A stretch of 64,000 nucleotides of DNA from Schmidtea nova (Eukaryota), in the NCBI GenBank assembly GCA_044892505.1, contig CM097882.1, positions 488,436,001 to 488,500,000 on the forward strand. Direction: 5' to 3'. Each line of letters opens with the position of its first letter. Within the stretch, counting starts at the first letter, position 1. The notes beneath the pieces were generated by a model, which worked only from the letters and a program-made list of their open reading frames with translations, searched no databases and was not told where the DNA came from. A program made the translations under genes and the position numbers. Below, one piece after another: positions 28,001 to 36,519 of this stretch.

Positions 28001-29066
28001 TGGTCTCAAATTAGTACTATACCATAAATAGTTGTGGACACTCAGTGAATTCTAGCTTTCATTTAAGACTTTGGTCACATGAACGTACTGCAAACTTTTC
28101 ATAACCCTTCATAACCATTAATCATTCAATACTTAGTAAAAAGGTTAGTTTTAAATTAGTATAACAATCAATGTTTACTCGTGATAGCATCTAATAAAAC
28201 TGCGGTATAATAAAAGAGCTTCATTTAAATTTATTTTCTTTCATTTTAGGAAAAGAGAATTATATAATTTACATATCATTTAGAACAAGACATAATTTTC
28301 AAAATTTTCTTTTTTAAGCCGTTTTAAATAAGATTAAACAATTTTATGTAGGTTTATTTCGGTAGATAGCAGTTTTAAAATTTCAAAACCTTCTAACGTC
28401 AACCATTTAGAATTTAATGATATAAGACAGTTGTAAGATTCAAAAAAATTTTCGTTATATAAACCGGTAATTAAAATTGTATTTTCATATTTATTTATAG
28501 AATTAATTTCATCAAACTATTTATATTTTCTTATTCTATTGTTTTATACAATTAACCACAAATCAAATTCATAGTCAAATGACGCAAATAATAAATGTCA
28601 ATAAAATCTTTTTTTACATTTTAAATCGATTTTAACTTCCAATTTTTTAATTTTCATTTCTTTTCACATTATAAATCAGCATTTTAATTTATTTTTAAAC
28701 AATTTTCGATACTCGGTTTTAAAAATGTAATATAAAATTTTTATTCCCGTATGCAAAGAATTGCTTAATTAAATAATTTTTATTTATTCATGTTTTTTCT
28801 TGTTTATCAAAATAATAAAGTAAAAATGTTAAATAATTAGATTTTTTTTAATAATTGAAAAAGAATTATAAATGGTATTTTATAAAAAATAATTTTTAAA
28901 AATAATTTATCGCAGAATTTGAAAATTATTTTTATCACAGATTTTTAATATAAATTTTTAATATTGATAACATTAATTTAAAATAACTTACATATTGTAA
29001 TTTGAATTTCCGTTCACAAACACTGATAAGCTGATCATCTGAGAAAGATTTGAACGTAGAATCTAA
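198..29066 (-). CDS. Amph: Amphiphysin/BIN1-like gene (N-BAR, low-complexity linker, C-terminal SH3), spliced; first exon not identified
   Basis: Manually spliced exons, 5' to 3': 28992-29066 (probable), 24371-24425, 24217-24311, 22742-22837, 5000-5107, 4854-4939, 4735-4810, 3341-3471+ (runs into gap), 3116-3293, 3004-3066, 2890-2958, 2751-2834, about 2655-2695 (donor uncertain), 2451-2580, 399-740, 298-335, 198-231. Junctions are GT-AG and phases are compatible. BAR peptides match amphiphysin (YEPDW, FPEIK, NSDLKNELP, SRIQVY); SH3 reads VIVRYNYAKQDDDELDLHKDDIILILPWQD. Confidence 0.88.
399..740 (-). CDS. Amph: Amphiphysin exon: Ser/Asn-rich linker end plus SH3 N-terminal half
   Basis: ORF 360..731. 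Acceptor TTTTAG at 742-741, donor CAG|GTATTT at 398. YNYAKQDDDELDLHKDDIILILP resembles the amphiphysin SH3 ([23 protein letters not shown]). Confidence 0.88.
1035..1480 (-). pseudogene. Mariner transposase C-terminal relic
   Basis: Minus-strand frames give ...GIVRIDFVDK..., HSLSRNLHSRDCYLLQNLKNHLKGKSFSSADDL and FFNNAFIEFLQRWLK*VEREGY, degenerate versions of the YSPDLAPSD region and C-terminus. Many stops and frameshifts. Confidence 0.7.
1773..2070. mobile_element. piggyBac-like MITE (degenerate)
   Basis: TTAA at 1769-72 and 2071-74; degenerate TIRs CTTTTTCGCTGCTCAA / TTGCGCAGTAAAATGG. Confidence 0.5.
4735..5107 (-). CDS. Amph: Three amphiphysin BAR-domain exons (5000-5107, 4854-4939, 4735-4810)
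   Basis: RSIEKCNKK...IKIKK | VGDELKSAQDQFQEINSDLKNELPQFCD(S) | RIQVYLQIWSLMFRAEDKLYQSLQD; introns of 60 and 43 bp. Aligns with [34 protein letters not shown]. Confidence 0.9.
5950..6605 (+). pseudogene. Mariner transposase relic (N-terminal two-thirds)
   Basis: FRALLRHC..., W*FRRFNHGNTSFKDQEHSGR, VPNELT, RIITEDKK*VFF, VMLCVW*NYDG; internal deletion and stops. Confidence 0.85.
6802..7161 (+). repeat. Dispersed ~360-bp AT-rich repeat, copy 1
   Basis: Roughly 90% similar by eye to 20687-21056 (shared ...CTGATCATGGAAATCTTGCACGATATAATTGT...). No TIR or TSD recognised. Confidence 0.85.
8127..8525. repeat. Foldback-like cluster of AGGTCA/TGACCT motifs around a central (TA)n
   Basis: AGGTCA at 8127, 8161, 8179, 8190, 8245; TGACCT at 8325, 8339, 8431, 8468; plus several one-mismatch variants with the same orientation switch. 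Confidence 0.7.
9395..10297 (+). CDS. Gypsy Gag with tandem CCHC zinc knuckles (C-terminus cut at the inversion breakpoint)
   Basis: 300-aa ORF; CWTCNKTGHISREC, CFACGVERHVRREC, CQRCRLRGHKENDC. Confidence 0.9.
   Translation: MEEELNLIASNMATTTTDLLISRLLPGKFHKGDNIDDFIKDCQRFFSVTKTSIKMQLILTTTLLDRSLLEDYADAEGKTIEEKHLGAFSKPTSLIEDLKETLSYEQESDSVEIFIEKINKLMKKIIAHKWDEEEIEKCLLISCSRDKEVKKEVEMKDIKTADEIKSPIKKLEKVDKIMGQINVLKTSSVTFNNRNYRDAARRGLVDKNNTLKQRDPNNRYVECWTCNKTGHISRECQMKKRTQCFACGVERHVRRECPTTQCQRCRLRGHKENDCYTNLERRRFGTNQNGENHNYYQIDQ
10297..11620 (-). pseudogene. Inverted segment of the same element: aspartic protease and RT N-terminal half
   Basis: CLLDTGARVN (ORF 10881..11474); SPWNTPLVCV, RLCLDFRQLN, RMPFGI and YLDD (ORF 10229..10681). 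RT stops right after YLDDI. Confidence 0.9.
11621..13160 (+). pseudogene. Gypsy RNase H (partial) and integrase, frameshifted
   Basis: VVAYGS...RKELLAIY...RTDHK; HAG...CESCQKNK; MDICGP; SSPYHHNTNGLVERQFRTI; RYEGPYTV (GPY/F motif). Confidence 0.9.
12809..12862 (+). repeat. 11-bp tandem repeat (AGTTATTATTT) x~5 disrupting the integrase
   Basis: Visible tandem units immediately after ...ACTACTGGAGTT. Confidence 0.85.
13969..14331. mobile_element. hAT-Charlie-type MITE
   Basis: TIRs CAGCGGTTTGCAAA / TTTGGAAATCGCTG; exact 8-bp TSD CTTTAACC at 13961-68 and 14332-39. Confidence 0.9.
15555..16010. mobile_element. hAT-like MITE inserted in (TA)n
   Basis: Degenerate TIRs TAGGGTCGTCGAGAG / CACTCGGCGGTACTA, internal GGGCCC motifs, (TA)n on both sides. 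Confidence 0.6.
16455..17790 (+). mobile_element. Full-length mariner element (1336 bp)
   Basis: 28-bp TIRs CTTAGGCTGTCTAATAAGTTCCCGGAAT (one mismatch); TA duplication at 16453-54 and 17791-92. Confidence 0.96.
16654..17709 (+). CDS. Intact mariner DD34D transposase, 351 aa
   Basis: HTH region (WYKRFKEGRQSLDDDPRCGRP), WIPHHL, TEDESW, QHDNARPH, YSPDMNQCD. I count 34 residues between the 2nd and 3rd Asp. Confidence 0.96.
   Translation: MDLQKEHFRAYIYLEMQRGRKACEIYQQLQDTHLHVPSQTTVFEWYKRFKEGRQSLDDDPRCGRPTTSSTAENVQTIKAILDEEPRISLRAVSESIGLSKDTVRHIFTNQLGLRKICSTWIPHHLSEANKRDRILCAQSIITIFENQSIDYLLHHWATEDESWFLYETALTKQQNQAWRHPTEPKLTVVRPKLTNKKTLLLLAFTGDQKISADICSPGQTLNSERYVEFVRSTGEKWRHVRRHPKKLTELLWQHDNARPHTSKETMEFFQHRGVTLIKQSPYSPDMNQCDRWVFKHLKHSFRGQKFVDGDEVKGRAVQLLRGLTEEKFRQELLSLYEHCKLVVINHGNYVV
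18173..18234. ncRNA. Candidate pre-miRNA-like hairpin
   Basis: 26-position stem with 22 Watson-Crick pairs and an 11-nt loop. Lies in the large Amph intron. No expression evidence. Confidence 0.25.
19122..19674. mobile_element. Tigger/pogo-like MITE
   Basis: TIRs CAGTAAAGCCTCCTACAACGCGA / TCGCGTTGTAGAAGGGTTGACTG; repeated ACAACGCG subterminal motifs; TA at the left end. Confidence 0.8.
20265..20597. mobile_element. hAT-Charlie (MER5-like) MITE with two 3' ends
   Basis: 5' CAGCGTTTCTCAA; 3' ends TTGGGAAACACTG at 20363 and 20597; near-TSD GTATAGTA / GCATAGTA only at the outer end; GGGCGATATCGCCC palindrome. Confidence 0.7.
20687..21056 (+). repeat. Dispersed ~360-bp AT-rich repeat, copy 2
   Basis: Direct-orientation homologue of 6802-7161. 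Confidence 0.85.
22742..22837 (-). CDS. Amph: Amphiphysin BAR exon (32 aa)
   Basis: TTACAG|QSIKMWRLFIDEYKNNILPEFENYSEKFPEIK|GTTAGT. Same length and phase as the vertebrate exon [32 protein letters not shown]. Not in the ORF track. Confidence 0.88.
24217..24425 (-). CDS. Amph: Two amphiphysin BAR exons (24371-24425, 24217-24311)
   Basis: EDMKNLRKNLADFVQEIK(N) (55 bp, phase 1) | LTTIMDNLYTCFRNLYEPDWLGNSEFHQSCQ (95 bp); 59-bp intron; conserved YEPDW motif. Confidence 0.9.
26000..26473. mobile_element. hAT-like MITE in (TA)n
   Basis: TAGGCGCGCAC / GTGTACGCTTG termini, GGGCTCAA / TTGAGCCC subterminal inverted motifs. Confidence 0.55.
26605..27575 (+). pseudogene. Near full-length Mos1 (mauritiana)-like mariner transposase pseudogene
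   Basis: MSNF start, WVPNQLYERQIEN, QPSTSTAKSSHFGKKKMFYVWWDQKG, LLHDNTQSH, YSPDLAPSD; many frameshifts. Confidence 0.9.
28992..29066 (-). CDS. Amph: Probable amphiphysin exon 2
   Basis: TTATAG|LDSTFKSFSDDQLISVCERKFKLQY|GTAAGT, phase 0/0; weak similarity to [26 protein letters not shown]. Confidence 0.6.
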
Positions 29067-29565
29067 CTATAAATTATTCTAAATGGTTTTTAAACTAAAT
29101 TTAATTTATAAATGCCTTGTGTCTGTCTTTGAATATTTTAAACATCTTTTTATTCATACTTTTCTATTATTTGATAATTCTACAGTTTTATTGTTACAAC
29201 TTAAAGTAATAATGATATATATAAACAAAAGTAGGTTTTGAATTGATGATTAATTTTCTTGTTATTCATTATTTTAATTTTTAAAAAGTAGATTTGAATT
29301 TATTATTTGTAATAAATTATGCTTTAGTTTTATTATATTATTTTAAATAAATTTTGGATAAAAACGATTTTAATAAAAAAAATAGATTTAAAATTGCTTG
29401 TAAATAATTTAATTTTAATCGAAAATTTTAAGAAACTTATGTTCTTCAATGAGTGTTTTAGAAATAATATAGACGGATAATATTTTGAATTATAGTTAGT
29501 AACTTATTTTTCAATTTAAATAAATAAAAAATCCAAATAATAATAATTCTATATTAAATTATAAA

Positions 29566-29666
29566 TATCATAATTATCTTTTTTCACCTTTGATCTTTTT
29601 TTATTATTATTATCAATAATTCCCATAATGATGACTATAGTCATCATTATGGGAATTATTGATAAT
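29566..29666. repeat. Foldback family copy with a 58-bp loopless perfect palindrome (29609-29666)
   Basis: ATTATCAATAATTCCCATAATGATGACTA|TAGTCATCATTATGGGAATTATTGATAAT, preceded by the family outer end TATCATAATTATCTTTTTTCACCTTTGATC. Related copies at 4520-4653, 14809-15015, 21735-21911 and 35907-36498. Confidence 0.85.
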
Positions 29667-31099
29667 TATAATAAATTATAAATAATTCTATTTTAAATAT
29701 ATACAGTATCTTTGTCAAAGGTAAGGTTGTCTTAGAAATGCTATATCAGTGAGTGCTAAGTTGTGCCCTCTATAGATTTGTGCAAAATTTATATTTTTTA
29801 CTATATACTTTGAAACTCTATAACTTGGTTATTACCGAACTTTATCTTTCAAAATAAGAACCATTAAATTTGATAAACTTTTACAAACGAGTTAGTTTGT
29901 TTAAACCCTTACAATAAAAGTTCTTTTTTCAGGAAACTGTTGGGGTTATTTTTAAGTCATGTTGAGGATACATTTATTCATGTTTTTTGTTTATCAAAAT
30001 AATAAAGTAAAAATTTATTGAGGGTTATTTTTAAGTCGTGTTGAGGATACCTAAATAATAAATATAATATTGGCACAAAAAAAATAATCGGGGGAAATTA
30101 ACAGGGTGAATGATGTGATGTTTAGAAAAACGAAAAAATGGTTTGGAGAACAAAACTTATTATGATATTCAATCAAATTTACCATCTTCATTTTTTTATT
30201 AAAATTTTTCAATTTGAAATATTTTTCAATTTTAACTTTTAAATTTAAAATCTTTTCTAAATTTTAAATTTCACATTTTCAATATTTTGTAACCAATAAC
30301 TTTAAAAAATTTTAGATGCTTCCAGCTTCCGTCATAATTAATATTATTATTATTTCTTTTTTAAAAACAAACAGATATTTTTCTAATTAATTAATATTTT
30401 GCAAATTTTTAAAATCAATTAATCAATGTTGTTATTACGTTAAAGAATATAAATCTTTTACATAAATGATTTATAAGAATTATTATAAAGATAAATCAAA
30501 GAATTTATAAGTTTATTAATTAAAAACTAAAAATAACAGAAATTTTTTAGGATATTTTTTCGATTTTTCTAAATTTAATAACAATGGATTTTGTGGATAA
30601 TCGTGACTGAACAATAAATAATCGATAATAACAAAATTTTATTAAATATAAAATATATAATGGTGCTGAGTTTTTCTTATGTTGTTTAAACTCCATCTTC
30701 TCTTGCGTTTTTTCTGCTTTTTTCTTTATATATTAAAACAAACTTTTATTTAAATTATAATTTTTTATATATAGTTTATTATTAATATACATATTCTAAT
30801 TTAGTATATAAAGAATATTATTATTATGCATAAAGCAGAGGCACTACAATAGTCCAAGCCGAAGTACGCGGAGCGTATTGCGACTGAAAGAAACGGAAGA
30901 GGAACAAGTATCGACGGTAGAGTCTAGCAGATAATTTGCGAGGTATTGCAGAGGACGGCGGATTTAGTTGGATGTATTTGAGCCGGGCAAAGGGTCGGTG
31001 AGTGGAATTGAGGCGAAGCGGTCAGTACCGGGGTAGAACACAGTAAGAGTCTTCCTCCAAATCTTCGTCGACTGGGAGGTGGAGGTGGTACGTTGTATT

Positions 31100-32290
31100 G
31101 ATCATTTACAACGAGAGCAGGTTTGAGGTGGTTTTAAGCTTATAATGAGTGGTGCATCATCGATATTTAACTGCGCAATACTTTTGAAAAGTTTTATCAC
31201 CGGGAAAGGTCCTTTGTAGCGGGGTTTCATGTTTGAATTATTGACACATTTTAACCAGGCATGCGAAGTTGAGAATAGTGACTTTGGTACATAGGGTTTG
31301 TACAGTGTTGAGTATGTAAATGATGGGTTGGAATATAAGGATTAGAAGTGGTTGCCGGCATGATTTATCTGTTGTTGCGAGGAGTCTGAATCGGTCTCTA
31401 GTAGTTCAGATGGTATGCGTGTATTCGTATCGAACACTAATTGCGAGGGAGAAACTCTGCTAGAACGATAAGACGTATTGTGCCATACTAGTAGTACGAA
31501 AGGTCCACCCTGATGAATTAGGGAGAATTCGAAGTGATGCTTTGATAGTGTGATTAGTGCGTTCCACGAGACCGTTGGTCTGGGGATGGTAGGACGAAGT
31601 GCGTAGGTGTTTGATGTCAATGGAATTCGTCATGTAATTAAACAGTTCTGCTTAAAATTGGTGGCCTTGGTCTATGATGATTGTTTTCAGTATGCCGTAA
31701 CGAGAGAAGCAAGTAGAGGCGAGGAAATCTGAGACTGTTATGGCTGTAATATTTGAAATGGGGATTGCTTCGAGTCAACGTGTCTTTCGATCTATTATTG
31801 TGAGGATATAGGAAAAGCCATTGTTTCGTGGCAGGGGTCCTACTAGGTCGATATGTAGGATGTCGAAGCGTGAACCAGTCGGGAATGCAGTGAACGGTGG
31901 TTTGGTGTGTTTATTCATCTTATGCTGTTGGCAGCCTTTGCACTCGTTTACTCACCGTTTAACGTCTTTGAACAGCGTGTACCAGGCAACCTTCAGACTG
32001 AGCAATGCGTATGTAGATTTGATGACAGGATTGTGAAGGTTATGAACTGCGAGGAATGCGTCTTTGGTGAGAGATTCGAGTAATATGGAGCGCAATCAAT
32101 TGTTTAAAGATGTGTCGTAATGTACGCCGTCGATATGTTTGTGAGATTCTTTGAATTTGGAGATGTCGGTCTCGGATGATGGTGTAGAAGAGAAAATATA
32201 CAAAGGAAAGAGGAGATTGGAGGATATTGAATTTACAGTTGCGAGCGAAAAACAGTCTGCAATGACGTTATCTTCTTCATTCATAGATGG
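31100..32290 (-). pseudogene. Gypsy integrase relic
   Basis: NVIADCFS; HN..H...CKGCQQHK; HIDLVGPLP; IDRKTR; DQGHQF; TSSYHPQTNGLVER; KPRYKGPFPVI. Confidence 0.88.
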
Positions 32291-32303
32291 GGTTGGTTTA
32301 GAC

Positions 32304-33435
32304 CAGGCGCCTCGAACACGCGGCCCGCAAAGACTTTTTAATAAATTACCAAAAAGAGTTTATAATTTGAAATTCAAATTAATTAAATAACAAGAACTGC
32401 ATAACGCAGTTAAAAATCAAGTTTTTAAATTGATTTTTTTTAATTAAAAGCATGACTTAATTAATGCTTATTAAAGAGAAACTTTAGAAAATTATAATAT
32501 TTTTAGTTTAAAATTTGACTCAAACAAAGCATCATCAAAGATTATAATAAAAATATTTGATCATTGTTGTAAATTTTAACGAATTATCCGTATTCAATAA
32601 TTTATACTCAATTTTTTTCAATAGTTCCAAACAAAAGAAATAATATATAAAATGCCTATGAAAAAGAAATCAAAAATGAATGTTGAGTTAAAAACAGATA
32701 TGGTGGCATTAAAAAGAAAAATTGAAGATGAAAACAGAAAGTTTCAAGACAAGTGGAAAGATATGTATTTTTTTATTGAAACAAAGGACCGAATTGTGTG
32801 TCTTATTTGTCAGCAAACAATTGCGGTCGCAAAAGAGTTCAATCTTAGTCGCCACTATAACACACTTCATGGCAACAAATTCAACAAGTTCCATGGAAAA
32901 TTAAGAGAAGAGAAAATTATTCAGTTCAAATCATCATTTGAAAAACAAACAAGTTTTTTCTCCAAGTGCAATAAAGTCAGTGAAGATTCTGTCAAAGCAA
33001 GCTATGTTCTCTGTGAAATGATAGCAAAAGCATCCAAACCTTTTACAGAAGGACTTTTTGTCAAAGAATGCATGGTACAAGCCTACGAAATAATGTGCCC
33101 TGAAAAGAAGAAAGTGTTTGAGGGAATAAGCCTATCTGCTAATGCAGTTTCTGCTCGAATTTCTGAGTTAGCAGATGACACAAAAAAACAACTTATCAAT
33201 ATCCCTAAACCTTTTGAAGCATATTCCATAGCTATTGATGAGAGCACAGACACAACTGACACAGCCAAATGTGCAGTCTTCATTAGAGGTGTTGACAAAC
33301 ATTTAATGATTACTGAGGAATTGCTAGAATTAATACCTTTGAAGGGCACAAACACAGAAAAATTATGTTGCAGCCCACCGGATCAGGATACTAGTCTAAT
33401 GCGGCCCGCAGGCCAGTTTAAGTTTGAGACCCCTG
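32304..33435 (+). mobile_element. hAT-Charlie/SPIN (GTF2IRD2-like) element, internally deleted
   Basis: TIRs CAGGCGCCTCGAAC / GTTTGAGACCCCTG; exact TSD GTTTAGAC at 32296-303 and 33436-43; GCGGCCCGC subterminal motifs. Confidence 0.92.
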
Positions 33436-33473
33436 GTTTAGACGGTATTTTAAAACTATGCAAAATAGATTAG
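32652..33473 (+). pseudogene. N-terminal half of a SPIN/GTF2IRD2-like transposase (open but truncated)
   Basis: ENRKFQDKW...CLICQQ...NLSRHY; SLSANAVSARISELA; YSIAIDESTD. The ORF reads through the 3' TIR after the deletion. Confidence 0.85.
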
Positions 33474-33574
33474 TTAGATGGTAATTTACGAGAGCTTTTA
33501 GAGATAATGAACGAGGTGAGGAAATTGTTAAAATTTGATTGACGAACATTTGACGAAATTGGAGTAGATGTGCA

Positions 33575-35311
33575 TATGGGTAAGGGGGGAACTTGCCCCC
33601 TGGATTGATTAAAAATAGTCAAATAATGTTATTTTACTTTAAATCACTTTGTGTTAGCATAAAGAAAGTGTGGAGAGCAGAACGTTGGCCAGTCTGTAGC
33701 AACATCATCTCCAGGTTGGCGACGCACCGGTGTGACGTGAGCGTCAAGCGTTCGGCCCCCACGCCTAATTGCTTGGGCCGATCATCTTTTTGTTTCTTAA
33801 CTTGTATTTATTTTAATTTCTACCAGACCTGTGGAGACTGGTTCGGTTTTAGTTTTAGTTTAAGTTTTCTTATTTTTTGTTTATTGTTTTTTGTTCTATC
33901 TTATTTATTTATTTTCTTTGTCTTATGATTATCTAGACAATGGCCGGAAAAGAAAATGGTGTTCTGGCAAAAATTCGAAGTATTTACCCCAAGGCTGCCT
34001 TTGTTCACTGTGCCTCGCATAGACTTAATCTCGTAGTATATGATCTTAATAATGTTGCACTGATATGAAATAATATTGGTACTACCATAACAATTATTAC
34101 ATTTTTTCGCGAAAGCCCAAAAATTAGGTCCTCTGTCCCAAATATTCCTCTTCTGTGTTAGACAAGATGGACAAGCAAGTATAAAAGTATTCGGATTTTT
34201 TCTAGTAAATTTGAAGATATTTATTGTCAACTGGAAGAATTTTCATTGCATGCAAGTGGAAATACACGACAGGCTGCACATTAGTTATGTTGTTCATCAA
34301 TGTCCAGCACGTTTTATTTTGACTCAATATTATTTCGCAGTACTCTGCCATACTGGAAACAGTTGCTCAGGCTTTTCAAGCTGTTCAAGTTGATCTTACA
34401 GAAAACTTGCTCAGTGTAATAAAACTTCACAAAGGTGATTCCGATAAATATTTCAGGGATATTTTTGAGAAAACAGTACAACTCGCACTGAAAGTGGATA
34501 TTGAACTGATTATCCCGAGACAGTGTGGAAGACAAAAGCATCAAAGTAATCCGGGAACCATAAGTGTTGAAGAGTACTTCTGACAAACAGTTTACATTCC
34601 ATACTTAGATTCTCTAATTAACTCAATGGGGAGTCGATTTTGTGAAGCCCACAGTGCACAATTCAACTTACCGTTGCTACATTCTTCGAAATTGTGCAAA
34701 CTGAATCGTCAACAGTTCAAGGATATAATGTCTACTATTAATCAGGTATACCACATTCATAATTTTGAAATTGAAGCCTTGAGTTGGATAACGTGAGAAT
34801 ACAAAAGTAGCCAAGATTTCATTGACTTGTTACGTTTTACAAAGTTTTATCCGAGTGTCAGGTATGCCTTACTAGTTTTGCTAACATTACCAGAAACAAC
34901 ATGTATGGTGAAGCGATCATTCAGCACATTACGTCGTGTAAAAACATGGCTTTGATCTAAAATGTCAGATTAACGTCTGTCTGGATTGTGCATGTTAAGC
35001 GTACACATAGACAAAGTGAACTGTAATAAAAAAGACTTTATGGACAAAATTGTAGATATGTTTGGTAGCTATAACAGACGACTCCAGTTCTTGTTTAAAG
35101 AATAAATTTTTTTTTAAATTTATGTTGTAATATTTTTTGTTATATACATATATTGTGTTAATAAAAAATTTGTTGCTACAGTATGCCCTTCATTACTACA
35201 GTGTCCTGTCCGTTTACTCACCATAAAAATACAATACAGTAAATTAAAACTACATTAAAACATTACTAAAAATATTTTGCCCCCCTAGAAAATTTTCTGC
35301 GGGCGCCGATG
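33575..35311 (+). mobile_element. hAT Tip100/ZMYM1-like element, 5'-deleted
   Basis: TSD GATGTGCA at 33567-74 and 35312-19; 3' end CTGCGGGCGCCGATG; MAGKENGV, VHCASHRLNL, LC*TRW, LTLPETTCMVKRSFSTLRRVKTWL. Confidence 0.85.
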
Positions 35312-35721
35312 GATGTGCACAATGCAAATTTTGGTCTCAATTCCTTTACTGGAGATGTTTGATTTATTGCTTCCTGGTTCGATGCTTCTTGATAAAACGC
35401 TTTATCGAATTTATTCATAAACGATTTTTTCCGAAGTTTTTAACTTTTCTATTTTGCATTTAAGATCAACTTGTTTATTTTTTGATCGAAGAATGATACA
35501 AGATCTGGTTTAAAGTTTCTAAATTTTTCAAAGAAACTATCAAAGTTCTTATTCGACAAAATCAGTTGATTTGGTTTCATAAATGAAGATATAATGACAG
35601 AATTGCCTAGTTTAATCAAACACTCCTTTTGTGTGGAATTATTCTTGGATTTAGACTATTCTATCAGGATTTCTAACACAAATTATCGTGACTTAACAAT
35701 AAAGGATCGATAATAACAAAA

Positions 35722-35865
35722 TTTTATTAAATATAAAATATATAATGGTGCTGAGTTTTTCTTATGTTGTTTAAACTCCATCTTCTCTTGCATTTTTTTT
35801 TGCTTTTTCCTTTGTATATTAAAACAAACTTTTATTTAAATTATAATTTCTTATATAGTGTATTA

Positions 35866-35906
<41 letters not shown>

Positions 35907-36234
35907 ATTATCAATAATTCTCATAATGACTATAGATCAAAATTTTTTTTTATAAACAATAACACAATATTTCGGCACAGCCTTTATCAAGTGTGTATTT
36001 CACACACTTGATAAAGGCTGTGCCGAAATATTGTGTTATTGTTTATAAAAAAAAATTTTGATCTATAGTCATTATGAGAATTATTGATAATTTTATTAAA
36101 TATAAAATATATAATGGTGCTGAGTTTTTCTTATGTTGTTTAAACTCCATCTTCTCTTGCATTTTTTTTTGCTTTTTCCTTTGTATATTAAAACAAACTT
36201 TTATTTAAATTATAATTTCTTATATAGTGTATTA

Positions 36235-36273
<39 letters not shown>

Positions 36274-36460
36274 ATCAATAATTCTCATAATGACTATAGA
36301 TCAAAATTTTTTTTTATAAACAATAACACAATATTTCGGCACAGCCTTTATCAAGTGTGTATTTCACACACTTGATAAAGGCTGTGCCGAAATATTGTGT
36401 TATTGTTTATAAAAAAAAATTTTGATCTATAGTCATTATGAGAATTATTGATAATAATAA
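35722..36460 (+). repeat. Tandem duplication (~365-bp unit: LTR piece, (TA)n, 185-bp perfect hairpin)
   Basis: Duplicated ORFs at 35764 and 36133; hairpins 35907-36091 and 36271-36455 with 90-bp arms and a 5-nt loop. Confidence 0.9.
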
Positions 36461-36519
36461 TAAAAAAAGATCAAAGGTGAAAAAAGATAATTATGATAAT
36501 ATATATATATATATATATA

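Noticed and set aside
30300-30335. MTEAGS as Amph exon 1
   Set aside because: In-frame stop after seven codons; exon 1 is left unassigned.
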